Source: Octopus vulgaris (lineage: Eukaryota). Taken from it: DNA of 64,000 nt. A program made the position numbers and the translations under genes. The notes under the pieces are model-generated. The model was not told where the DNA came from, searched no databases, and worked only from the letters and a program-made list of their open reading frames with translations. Below are positions 14,216 to 26,451 of this stretch, one piece after another (the stretch's first letter is position 1; every line of letters starts with the position of its first letter). Location: contig OX597830.1 in NCBI GenBank assembly GCA_951406725.2, positions 44,392,001 to 44,456,000 on the forward strand, written 5' to 3'.

Positions 14216-15232
14216 CATCATCATCATCATTGTTTAATGTCCGTTTTCCATGCTAGCATGGGTTGGACGGTTCAACCACTGTCTGGGAAGCCAGGAGGCT
14301 GCACCAGGCTCCAGTCTGATCTGGCAGTGTTTCTGCAGCTGGATGCCTTTCCTAACACCAACCACTCCGTGAGTGTAGTGGGTGCTTTTTACGTGCCACC
14401 GGCACAGGTATCACAACTACAATTTCCATTTGATTTTTATTTTGATGTTGATGTACTTGACTCAATAGTTCTCCTCAAGCATAGCAGGTTGCCCTACGAT
14501 CCAAGGTAGGCACAGCAGGCTGTCCTGTGAGCCATGAACTCACTTCATTTGTTGGGTCTTCGCAATCACAGCATATCTTCAGAGGACTCGGTCTTTTGTC
14601 ATTAACTCTGTGAGGCCCAATGTTCGAAGGTCATACTTGACCACCTCATCCCATGTCTTCCTGGGTCAACCTCTACCCCGGATTCCTTCAACTGTTTGGG
14701 AGTGGCACTTCTTCACACATCTCTCCTCATCCATCCATAGTACATGACCATACTGCCTCAAATGTCTCTCCTGCATGCCACATCCAATGCTTCTTATGTC
14801 CAACATTTCTCTCAGGGCACTTACACTCTGTCGTGCATGCACAGTGACATTACACATCCAGCGGATCATGCTAGTTTAATTTCTTTCGAGCATACACATG
14901 TCCTTCACAGTCACGGCCCATGTTTTACTGCCATGAAGCATGGCAGTTCACACAAATGCGTTGTACAATCTACCTTTCACTCTGAGTGAGAGACCCTTTG
15001 TTGCCTGTAGGGGAAGAAGCTTTCTAAACTTTGCCCAGGCTATTCTTATTCTAGTGGTAACACTCTCTGAGCATCCACCCCCACTACTAACTTGGTCACC
15101 TAGGTAGCAGAGGCTATCAACAACTTCTAGTTTCTTCCCCTGGAGTGTGATGGAATCTGTTTTCTGAGTATCTGTGGTGTCTATTGCCCCTGTGCATCTG
15201 CCACACAGGAAAGCTATCTTCTCGGTTAATTT
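14216..15232 (-). mobile_element. RTE-clade LINE, 3' half with (GAT)n tail
   Basis: KLTEKIAFLCGRC...LEVVDSLCYLGDQVSSGGGCSESVTTRIRIAWAKFRKLLP and MIRWMCNV, followed by 3' UTR and tail. Confidence 0.85.
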
Positions 15233-15254
15233 TAATATATATATATATATATAT

Positions 15255-15256
<2 letters not shown>

Positions 15257-15286
<30 letters not shown>

Positions 15287-15432
15287 TTAGCGTCCGTTTT
15301 CCATGCTAGCATGGGTTGGACGGTTTAACTGGGGTCTGTGAAGCCAGAAGGCTTCATCAGGCCCAGTCAGATTTGGCAGTGTTTCTACGGCTGGATGCCC
15401 TTCCTAACGCCAACCACTCCGCGAGTGTAGTA
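15257..15432 (-). mobile_element. 5'-truncated RTE 3' end, (GAT)n tail
   Basis: Similar to 14216-14405 and inverted relative to 18740-18921. Confidence 0.75.
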
Positions 15433-15744
15433 GGTAGAAAAATGGAGGAGAAAAAGATGTTGCATCGAAATTAGATTTAATACAAAATAGGATTCAATAC
15501 ATATGTACGTTTCAAAGGACAATGCAAATATGTAAGAAAAAATTATAATCATAGTAATTATAATTAAATTTATGCATTGTCATTCTCGACTTGAAAGCCC
15601 CCGCATTACTGGAAAACCCATGCAACTGGCCGAAGAGCACCCAGCATCCCAAATCCGCTGCAATACCTACAACCCTCAATAAAATGTTGCAGTGCGAAAC
15701 AACTGCCCCAAACTACCGGAGTCACTCCTGTTGCTTATTTTTTA

Positions 15745-15778
<34 letters not shown>

Positions 15779-15980
15779 TGTACACACGTATATATATTTA
15801 TATATGCATGTATATATACATGTAGATGAAGGTACGTACATATATGTTTGTATGTATGCATATATTTTATTTATTACACTATTGTATGACTGAGCGCCTT
15901 CGCGTCGATTCGATTCGTTTGGTTTCGTTTGGTTTCTTCTTCTTCTCTAAGCTGGTTTATATATATATATATATATATAC

Positions 15981-16042
<62 letters not shown>

Positions 16043-17610
16043 TATATACACAAAAACACATACATAAATACATACGCACAATTGTATATACATACACACA
16101 ATATCATTGTAACTCAATTTCTTTGTAGATGACCTGAAGATTTATGCTAAAAGTGTGAACCATGCTTAAAACCAACTGGAATTAATTCAATCCTTTTCAG
16201 CTGCTATTGCTAGACAGCCGTTCATCCGACCTTTCAACAGGTCTTGTTTTTAATTTTGTTGGGTTTCTAGCAAGCTCCTCATCTGGATATCCAGGTGGGG
16301 TTGCCAGTTTAGTTGCTGACAACCCAACCATGCAACTGGTTGTACTGGATTCCATGTTACCAGCCACAGTTATGAGAGCCTTGTAAGTGACCTGACATAC
16401 AGACAGACATACATAAATACATACATATATATTTGCATACTTACAAACACATACATACAGACATACATACATGCATACATACAGACATACATACATATAT
16501 ACATGCATACACACATACATGCATACACACATAATGTATGCATACATACATACGTACATACATACATACATACATACATACATGCATGCATGCATACATA
16601 CATACATGCATGCATCCATCCATCCATACATATATATTTGCATGCTTACAAACACATACATACAAACATACACACACACACATACATATATACATGCATA
16701 CATAAATACATATGCACATACATGCAGATTCATACATGCATGCAAACACACATACATACACATATATACACACATACATATGCACCACCAGTTTTAGACG
16801 TATCAGTTTTCCGATTTAGTGTTTTGTCTGACATTTGAAATCAGGATAAAAATTTTTTTAAATATTTGAAACGAACTCAAAAAAAAAAAAAAGAAACAGG
16901 ATAGAAATTGATTGCTGCATAACAAAATATGATAGCAGAGTGCGTAAAGTAATACTTATGTTGACCGATTTCTCAATCACAACGTGACTAACATCTCAGG
17001 TGTGGCTGACGATATGAAATTACGCCAGGTGTGTCCATTGTTCTAGTTAATTTAAGAAAAGTGATCCTCTCTAAAATTAACGATGATTATCTTGTTGCTG
17101 GTGGTGGTGGTGTTTTGTGTGTGTGTGTGTGTATTTGATATTGTTGGTACTGTTATTGTTGTTTCCCTCTCTTCCAGTTATCTGATCAAATGGCTGAAAT
17201 GCAGCCACACATATATTGTCCCTGATATACATATGACTGCATCAAGCTGACACCATAGAGGCCACGTCTACCTCTTGTGCTATCTCTAGTGAACATTTAA
17301 TTCTAGTGAGTTCTAATTTTAGATGTTGTTGTCCAGCTCCCAGATCATCTCTAATCCAGAAATCATTTGCTTAAAGACGTTTTATCCATGACCATCCTGT
17401 CTTTTGGCTATGAGTAATGTTGAAATTACATTATCTACAATAGCCTTTCTTTCTTATAACAGTAAGGCGTGAGCTGAGTGAGGTTTAGCTGCTTTTTCTA
17501 TCGGGTCTTCACGATAGCCAGTTGACAGCTTTGCAGTAATTGTTGCGGTTCTCTATGTTCTGAGATCAAATCCAGCTGAAGTCAAATTCTTTCCGGGTCA
17601 ATAGATAAAC

Positions 17611-18370
17611 TACTAGATAGAAATAACTACAGGGTCATCAAACTGCTGGATCAGGCGACGAAGGTCCCAGAGAGGGTCACAGCCCATCCCACCAGGGAGA
17701 GGATTTGCCTAGATGAGATGCAGTTCGGTTCTGTGCCAGGTAGAAGCACCACCGATGCTACATTCCTGCTCCGACAACTGCAGGAGAAGCACCTAGCCAA
17801 AGACAAACCCCCGCCACATAGCCTCTGTGGACTCGGAGAAAGCCCCCGACAGGGTCCCCCGATCCCCCATCCGGTGGTCGATGCGGAAACCGGAGATTGA
17901 CGAATGGCCAACAAGGACTGTACAGGCCCTATACAGAGAGGCCATCAGCAAGGTCAGAATTGGCAACGAACACAGTGAAGAACTCCGGGCAGAAGCAGGT
18001 GCACACCAAGGCCCAGCCCCCAGTCCCCCCCATTCATCACAGTCCTCCAGGCAACAACAGAGGAACTCAAAACAGGCCGCCCCCGGGAGCTCCCCCACGC
18101 CGACGACCTGGCCCCCATAGCAGAATTACCACCGGAACTAGAAAAGAAATCTCGGGCGCGGAAGCAAGGGCTAGAATCAAAAGGGCCCCAGAGTAAACGT
18201 AGCAAAGACCAAAGTTATAGCAAGCAGAAAGGCGAACTCAGTACACACACCCTCGGGCAGGTGGCCCGGCCCGATCTGCAGGAAAGGCGCAGGTAGAAAC
18301 TCCACAAGATGCACCCAGTGCAAGCCACGGACGCACAAGAGGTGCCGCAACATCAAAGGGAAACCAACCG

Positions 18371-18371
<1 letters not shown>
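17611..18371 (+). mobile_element. RTE-clade LINE reverse-transcriptase fragment, T>C hypermutated
   Basis: RT motifs are recognisable but systematically altered: QFGSVPGRSTTDA, ASVDSEKAPDRV, GAHQGPAPSP, ELPHADDL. Confidence 0.9.
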
Positions 18372-18416
<45 letters not shown>

Positions 18417-18424
18417 AGTAACCA

Positions 18425-18618
18425 CATGTGATTGTTGGTGATTTTTTTCCCTCCATCTTCTTTTCTATTGGATTTTTCTCTGTTTCTGAAGAAGAGCTTT
18501 TCTTGAAACATAAAACCACCTTTCTTTCCTTCCTTGAGCATCTGCTAATACTTTACATGTTCCACGTCCTTGTGTTGTTGTTGTTTACTGTTTGTTCTTC
18601 ATTTTTTAGGGGTTTTAC

Positions 18619-18620
<2 letters not shown>
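18425..18620 (+). mobile_element. Short Penelope-like repeat with minimal hammerhead motif (18482-18516)
   Basis: GTTT-CTGAAGA-A-GAGC-TTT-TCTT-GAAA-CA-TA-AAAC. Confidence 0.6.
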
Positions 18621-18652
<32 letters not shown>

Positions 18653-18739
18653 CATGTTATCTCTGCCCCAATATTTATAACATGATACTCATCTCTATAA
18701 CAGTGGGTTTTATTTTTCTAAAATTTGTACATATATTGT

Positions 18740-18921
18740 AAAAAGTACCAACTACACTCTTGGAGTGGTTGGTGTTAGGGAGCCCATCCAGGTGTAGAAA
18801 CACTACCAGATCAGATTGGAGCCTGGTGCAGCCACTGGCTCTCCAGACGTCAGTCAAACCGTCCAACCCATACCAGCATGGAAAGCGGACGTAAAACGAT
18901 GATGATGAGGATGATGATGAT
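18740..18921 (+). mobile_element. 5'-truncated RTE 3' end, (GAT)n tail
   Basis: Same family as 15257-15432. Confidence 0.75.
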
Positions 18922-19054
18922 TGTACTAATGTTTGTTCATGCCAAAACATGAAATTAAAAGAAACCTGACTTTAATTTTCAATGCAAAACATTGAAATTA
19001 CACAGTCTAGACAAAAACCTATTTCCAAACACATGAACTCACATGTACACATAT

Positions 19055-19100
<46 letters not shown>

Positions 19101-19336
19101 TATTTTCCTTCTTTGCACCTTAAGAAAAAAAATGCTTTCAGTGATGACCGCACCCCATCCATTTTTCATTATTTTCCCCAACCAAAAAGAGGTCACCATC
19201 CTTGAACTCATGTCTCATACCAATAGCTATACAATGGAAATAAGTAAATAAATAAATGGTAAAAGTCATTCCAGATTGAAAAGAAATCCCTCCCCCTCCC
19301 TCTCACTATCTATCTCTCTGTCTGTCTATCAATCTG

Positions 19337-19425
<89 letters not shown>

Positions 19426-19473
19426 ATCCATTGTCCTGGAGCCTCACCCAAAAAAACAAAAACAATGTTCTCC

Positions 19474-19881
19474 CTGAGTGGCTGTGTGGTAAGTAGCTTG
19501 TCTACCAACCACATGGTTCCGAGTTCAGTCCCACTGCGTGGCACCTTGGGCAAGTGTCCTGCTATAGCCTCGGGCCGACTAAAACCTTGTGAGTGGATTT
19601 GGTAGACGGAAACTGAAAGAAGCCCATCGTATATATGTATATATATATATATATATGCGTGTGTGTGTTTGTGTGTCTGTGTTTGTCCCCTAGCATTGCT
19701 TGACAACCGATGCTGGTGTGTTTATGTCCCCGTTACTTAGCGGTTCGGCAAAAGAGACCGATAGAATAAGTATTGGGCTTACAAAAGAATAAGTCCCGGG
19801 GTTGAGTTGCTCGATTAAAGGCGGTGCTCCAGCATGGCCGCAGTCAAATGACTGAAACAAGTAAAAGAGTAAAAGAGTAAA
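19474..19881 (+). mobile_element. SINE family A, near full length
   Basis: Head, internal microsatellite and GTAAAAGA-repeat tail all present. Confidence 0.85.
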
Positions 19882-20164
19882 CAAGAAAACTCACTTGATT
19901 TATATAAATAAACAAACTGTTTGCACAGTCACAATTTTATTTGACAAGTTCAGAGACAAAGGAAAGTGCTAATAATAATGACTAAATAAAAAAAACTCTT
20001 TATCCAAAATTCTGGCGACCTCCTCTTTCTTCAATATTTAATATATGTGTACCACTTCTAACACTACACACACACGCACAAAGTTGCCCCAAAATTAAAC
20101 ATAATATAATAAATGTGAGTATCAGTATGTTACACATTTTTAACTTTAATAAATCTTTTGTAGT

Positions 20165-20369
20165 GAAAGCACAAGGACTCAAATTTTGGGGGAAAGGATT
20201 AAGTCAATAACATTGACCCCAGTACACAACTGGTACTAATTTTATCGACCTTGAAGGGATGAAAGACAAAGTCGACCTTGGTGGAATTTGAACTCAAAAT
20301 GTTACAGCAAACGAAATACTACTAAGCATTTTGCCCGGTATGCTAGCAATTCTGCTAGCTCGTTGCCTT
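20165..20369 (-). mobile_element. SINE family B
   Basis: Family core present. Confidence 0.8.
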
Positions 20370-20390
20370 AATATAATATGATAATATAAT

Positions 20391-20896
20391 AAAATAAATG
20401 TGAATGTTTGTGTGTCACACTTTTTCAACTTTACTCCCAGAGGCTGTAGCCCGACATATCATGCCATTTTGGAATGAGGCTGACTCTGTGAGTAAATTAA
20501 AATCATTCCGGGTCGAATCTCGACCCACAATCCTGAAATTTTGGATTTCCAAGTTTTCATTACTGTGATTGTTTTCGGCAATTGTTTTACGTGACTTTTT
20601 GCAACAGTTTTTTTCGTACGATAACAATTTTTATAATCTAAAGGCCAACTCTGTGAGTAAATTTAAAACATTCCGGGCTGAATCCACACCTGCAATCCTG
20701 AAATTTTTGATTCCTAAGTTTTCATTTCTGGATTGTTTGCGGCGATTTTTTTTACATGACCATCATTGGGATTTGACTCTAGAGGAAGCAATTGCAACAA
20801 ATTCTCCAAAACAAGTTTGCAGATCTTCCCATTCAGGGTCTGTTGCTTAAAAGATATATACTAGCTTAAAAGCCACCTTGTTGGGTGGCTTTTTAG
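20391..20896 (+). mobile_element. Non-autonomous Helitron-like element (second copy)
   Basis: Colinear with 1346-1890. Terminal hairpin AAAAGCCACC-TTGTTG-GGTGGCTTTT then TAG|T. Confidence 0.7.
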
Positions 20897-21420
20897 TATA
20901 TATATATATATATATATATTTACATACATACATACATACATACATCCATATATATATATATGCATACATACACAGACACACATACACACACACATGCTCA
21001 TACACACATGCACACACACATTTATATCCTTATCATATGTATGTATGTATGTATGTATATATGTATATATATATATATATACATATACAAACAGACACCA
21101 ACCAAAAGTCATTACAGTTGCTCCCATTGAACACAAGGTAAAATCTAAAATGAATTCCTTGCTTTTTCAAGAACATGAATTTTTTATATTGAATGCATAT
21201 CACCACTATGAACTACTACATCATACTTTTTAAACATATAGCATGGACTCGCTTTACTATATATGAATTTTTAATATTTGATAGCATGAACTATCTTTTT
21301 TATATATAATTTTTTTTGATAAGGTTCGTCATTTCAAGAACCGAAACATGTTAAATAAATAATGTATATATAAAAATTAAAATTTGTCTAATGTAGCAGC
21401 ATTTTCAAACTTCATTTTTT

Positions 21421-21451
<31 letters not shown>

Positions 21452-21454
21452 CGG

Positions 21455-21660
21455 GAAGCTTTATGAAAATAAACAAAAGACGAAGGCAGGTGGAATACAA
21501 ACAAACAATTGTATTAGTTTGGCGCTCAGGAATATAAATAAAACAAGTCTTTTACATTTCAAGCCTACGCTCTTCAACAGAAAGATACACAGAAAGGAAA
21601 CACGGAGAGAAACAAGGAGAGAAAAAAAATGCATGCAGAAGCTAGCGAATCAACATGGCG
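21455..21660 (-). mobile_element. Short Penelope-like repeat with minimal hammerhead motif (21548-21585)
   Basis: The - strand reads TCTTT-CTGTTGA-A-GAGC-GTAG-GCTT-GAAA-TG-TA-AAAGA. Confidence 0.55.
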
Positions 21661-22221
21661 ATCTCATGTATATATATATAGTAAGATAAGGATTCACATA
21701 GAATCAGGAACTTGAAAAGATATGCACCAGGTAGGATTGGATAATCTCTGGTTCTGGCATATGGTTGGTGAATATCAAATAGGATATTTCAGCTGTGTAC
21801 ACAGAGAAAACCAGACTTATGAGTGTTTAGTGCCTAGGAGCTGGTCCAAATACATGTTACTTTGAATAATATATATATATATATACTCCAATAAAGTTAG
21901 AGGTTGTGAATCCAACCCACTAAGGGATACAATCTATCCAATATTCTGCTGGTAGACTACCCAATTATTAATACACAAGTGATTTTTAATGCATTGCAAT
22001 TACATAACCTAGTGTACTAAATGGGTGATATTCATGTATGTTACATTTAAATAATTACTGGTATCTTTATATATTAATATATTTTATATCTTATATGTAA
22101 AGCATATGTTATACATGTATGTATATTCTTGTAATTGTCAGTTTAGTAAATAAATAAGTTAACATAATATAATGTCTAAAAGTTGATGAATCAGCTATTG
22201 ATCCCCTCCATTTTCTTATTG

Positions 22222-22277
<56 letters not shown>

Positions 22278-22987
22278 TATATTGAATTGAAATAATTTCA
22301 GCTCATGAGCTGTTGCTATGCTGGGGCACCGCCATTTGATGTTGCTATATAATTTTTATTTTGCTAATACATATATACACATATATATATAAAAGTATAT
22401 ATATGTGTGTGTATGTGTGTGTGTGTGTATGTATATATACATAGTAGAATAAGAAATAAAAGGTCTTTGGTACAGTATTATATATTTAAGAAAATTAATT
22501 AGAAATGACTTTCCTGATAATTTTCCCACTTTAATTATTAGATGTTTTGTAAGTTCCAGAAAAGCCATTCCCTTCATTTTATTAAATATATATATATACT
22601 TCTTTTTAAAGCTGCAAAAAATCCCAGAAGTGTTACTCAGAGTCTCACATTCTTTTTTGTTAAATAGTTCTGTAATAATTTTGCACCATTGATAAAAAGA
22701 ATATTACTCTACCTTTGGTATTCGAGTACTATTTTCTCCACTTTATTTTGCACTTATGTGCTCACCTGTGTGAGTGTGTATATATACATACATACATACA
22801 TACATATATATATATATATGTATAATGTTTTATTTATTCCTCTCTATCTTTGTTTTTGTCTGCTTGGGTCTCGCTTTGGTGCAGCCTTGCAGCATGACAG
22901 CCCGGTCAAACTGTCCAACCCATGCCAGCATGGACAACGGGCGTTAAATGATGATACTGATGCTGATGATATATGTATGTGTGTGTG

Positions 22988-23021
<34 letters not shown>

Positions 23022-23729
23022 GATAGATATATATATATATATATATTATATAGACACACACACACACATATAGGCACACACATATGTCCGTATTGATTTA
23101 ATGATTTAGACACTGCTCATGTTTACAAATTCCGGTATGCTTTATTGTCATCTGTGTAGACCATAACGTCACATTTAATGATTGACTCCAAATTACAGGT
23201 AACACCAAAGTTGTTACCTGTGTTTATGAATGCGTTGTAGCATGTCTAATGGGAAAAGTGATTATGGTGTTAGATATTATGTTCCTAAATGATATTCCGG
23301 CATGTGTAAGTGTATGAATGTGATGGGACTGTGTATGTATTTGAGTGTATAGGAGTGTGTGTGTCATCATCATCATTATTGTTTAACGTTCGCTTTCCAT
23401 GTTGGCATCGGTTGGAGGTTTTAACTAAGGACTAGCAAGCCTGTAGGCTCCAATCTGATTTGGCAAGGCTTCTACAGCTGGATGCCCTTCCTAATGCCAA
23501 CCACTCCAAGGTATGTATGGATATAGTTCCAGCTTACATCGTTCTTTTACTCAGGGTTTTATACCTTTATCCTCACACATTTCTCAGGGAATGTTGGCTG
23601 ATAGAATGGATTCTCTTCAATGGTTTGGTAGGAGAAGGTCTGTTTAAGGATGAACAATGTCTAAAAAACAGAATAATACCTTGTGTACTATGTATATATA
23701 TATATATGTAATATATGATATATGGTATA

Positions 23730-23769
<40 letters not shown>

Positions 23770-23770
<1 letters not shown>

Positions 23771-23968
23771 ATCTCTTGAGCACCACCAGCAAAAATATTT
23801 TTTTCCTCTGTCTTCCCTTCTTGGGATCTTTCCTTCTTGTTTCCGATGAAGAGCTCCGCTCGAAACGTTAAACCCTCCTTCCCTTCTTTCCTGAGCGTCA
23901 AATAATACTTTAATTGTTCCACGTCCTCGCGTTGGTGTGTTTTTTTCTGTGTTTTCTTGTTTGGATTA

Positions 23969-23975
<7 letters not shown>
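23770..23975 (+). mobile_element. Short Penelope-like repeat with minimal hammerhead motif (23839-23873)
   Basis: GTTT-CCGATGA-A-GAGC-TCC-GCTC-GAAA-CG-TT-AAAC. Confidence 0.65.
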
Positions 23976-24010
<35 letters not shown>

Positions 24011-24012
24011 CA

Positions 24013-24418
24013 CAGGTGTAGGAGTTGCTGTGTAGTAAGTAGCTTGCTTACGAAAAACATGGTTCCAGGTTCAGTCCCACTGCGTGGCACCTTCGGCAAG
24101 TGCCGTCTACTATAGCTTCGGGCTGACCAAAGCCTTGTGAGTGGATCTGGTAGGCAGAAACTGAAAGAAGCTTGTCATAAATATGTATATATATGTGTGT
24201 GTGTATACGTTTGTGTGTCTGTGTTTGTCCCCCCCAACATCGCTTGACAACCGATGCTGGTTGTTTATGTCCACGTAACATAGTGAGTAGTTTGGCAAAA
24301 GAGAACGATAGAATAAGTACTAGGCTTACAAAGAATAAGTCCTCGGGGCGATTTGATCGACTAAAGGCGGTGCTCCAGCATGGCTGCAGTCAAATGACTG
24401 AAACAAGTAAAAGAGTAA
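24013..24418 (+). mobile_element. SINE family A
   Basis: Full head-to-tail match to the family. Confidence 0.85.
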
Positions 24419-24583
24419 TATATATATATCTATTGTGAAGGCACATGGCTTAGTAGTTAGGGTGTTGCACTTATGAGCTTATGTGTACACAAACATTTGA
24501 ACGCCAATAAACAAATCATGTGTCATTGTGTGGCAAGAAATTGCCGAACCCTCACATAGATTGTCTAACAATGATTGAGTCCA

Positions 24584-24614
<31 letters not shown>

Positions 24615-24919
24615 CTAGCTAGATAGATAGAAAGATATATCTATGCATGTAAGTATTTGTGAATCTGTGATCTCACTGCCCAGTAGGTGGAGCAACATAA
24701 GCTTTGTCATTAAAATCAAGTAGATGGAAGCTGTACAAGTCCATTGGATGGACTGCCCTTGCAGTGTATCACTCAACTTTCCCATCAACTCAATGTGTTT
24801 GTCTTTTAGTTGATTAACCCCTAAACGGCAAGAAAGAGTTTCATGAATGTGTGTCAAATGGGCAAAAAGCAAAAAAAAAATTTTTTTCTTAGGGATAATT
24901 TTTACACTTATTTTCAAGT

Positions 24920-25234
24920 AAAAAGCACCATTTGAGCATGGTCGTTGCCAGTGTTGCCTGACTGGCTACTGTGTTGGTGGCACATAAAAAGCATCGTTCA
25001 AGTGTGGCCATTGCCAGTACTGCCCAACTGGCCCTTGTGCCTGTGGCATGTAAAAAGCACCCACTACACTCTCAGAGTGGTTGGCATTAGGAAGGGCATC
25101 TAGCTGTAGAAACTCTGCCAGATCAGATTGGAGCCTGGTGCAACCTTCTGGCTTGCCAGTCCTCAATCAAATCATCCAACCCATGCCAGCATGGAAAGCA
25201 GGTGTTAAACGATGACGACGACGATGATGATGAT
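24920..25234 (+). mobile_element. 5'-truncated RTE 3' end, (GAT)n tail
   Basis: Same 3' UTR as the other RTE copies. Confidence 0.75.
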
Positions 25235-25239
25235 TATAT

Positions 25240-26012
25240 ATGTAGTGTCAATTCTTAATGAAATTAGTAGACAATCAACACTACTAAGCAACAAGAAAAG
25301 AACGAAAATATTATGCAAATACAACATTACAGCAAATGATTTACCTGAGGTTAAAGAAAAGCTAAAGCAAGATATTCTTGCCAAGCACAAAGGATCCGCC
25401 GGTATGAGAAACGCCAACGTTTCTTTGAACAAAACAAACAGTTCAACTCCAACCCCCAAAAATTCTACCTAGAACTTGGCAAAAATAAAACAGACATCAA
25501 TGCAGCACCAACAGCAGAAGACGGGTAGATTTTTGGAAAGAAATATGGTCGGCGAAGGAACAACCTCAGAAAAGGATTATTAATACAACGAACTTAGCAC
25601 CTGAACAACTCTGGCCCCCTATAACAACTGAAGAGGTCACCCAGGCACTGCAAAGACTAAGCAACTCGAAGGCACCTGGACATGACAAAATGCCCAACTC
25701 CTGGTTAAAATATCTGACAGGAATACACAAAAAGCTGGCTGAAAACTTTAACGACATACTAGCAGAACCAGAGACAATGCCTGAATGGCTCACGAAAGGG
25801 AAAACTATCCTAATTTCCAAATCAACTGAAATGGCACAACCACAAAACTACAGACTTATAACCTGTCTCCCTACAATTTACAAAGCCTTTACTGCAATAA
25901 TATCGCAAAGATTGAGCAAGCATCTGGAAGAAAACAACCTGTTTCCAGAAGAGCCGAAGGGATGTTGCAAGAGTTCACACGGCTGTAAAGATCATCTAAT
26001 GATCAATAAAGC
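25240..26012 (+). mobile_element. R4/Dong-like (RLE) LINE, N-terminal RT fragment
   Basis: KAPGHDKMPNSWLK...PEWLTKGKTILISK...PQNYRLITCLPTIYK...LFPEEPKGC...GCKDHLMINKA. Cut off where the LTR begins. Confidence 0.8.
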
Positions 26013-26451
26013 TGTAGGAGAATATGATGTTGGCACTTGTTGGGTGCCTCACATTTCCTTTCATAATTGTAAAAAGGAAAATTGCAGGAACACGAATCTC
26101 CGAACAAATAAACAATAATTTATTTTCACCGAAATAAGCATTTCATCTCTGGTCATCTGTAGCCTAGACGCCTGGGGGTGGAAACAGCAGAGTCGGTTTA
26201 AATCACAATTGTTGAAGGCATTCTTCACAGCTTGCCAAGTCGTATTCCTCCTTCACTCGGAGCTTGTCTGGTCGCGTCTGGTTCTCTCGCAGGAGCAAGC
26301 AAAAAGAGAGAGAATAGCGGTCTTGCCTAGCTGCTGCTGATGACTGCGCATGCGCAAAAGGGACTTCCGGTAGGACTTCCGGAAGACACTAATCCTTGCG
26401 CATGCGCAGATGAAGACCCCAAAATGGCATCTGGAACCTGGCGTCACTACA
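26013..26451 (-). mobile_element. LTR of an LTR retrotransposon (3' LTR)
   Basis: The - strand begins TGTAG and ends CTACA, preceded by purine tract AAGGGGGGTGGCT (26452-26464). AATAAA at 26119-26124(-). Partial second copy at ~26745-26924. Confidence 0.7.

Noticed and set aside
17651-18425. Overlapping Pro/Gly-rich ORFs or CpG island suggesting a GC-rich or foreign gene
   Set aside because: Explained by T>C loss in a LINE RT, which removes stops and creates CpG.
19474-19545. tRNA genes at SINE heads
   Set aside because: A/B-box-like motifs run straight into SINE bodies with no convincing cloverleaf.
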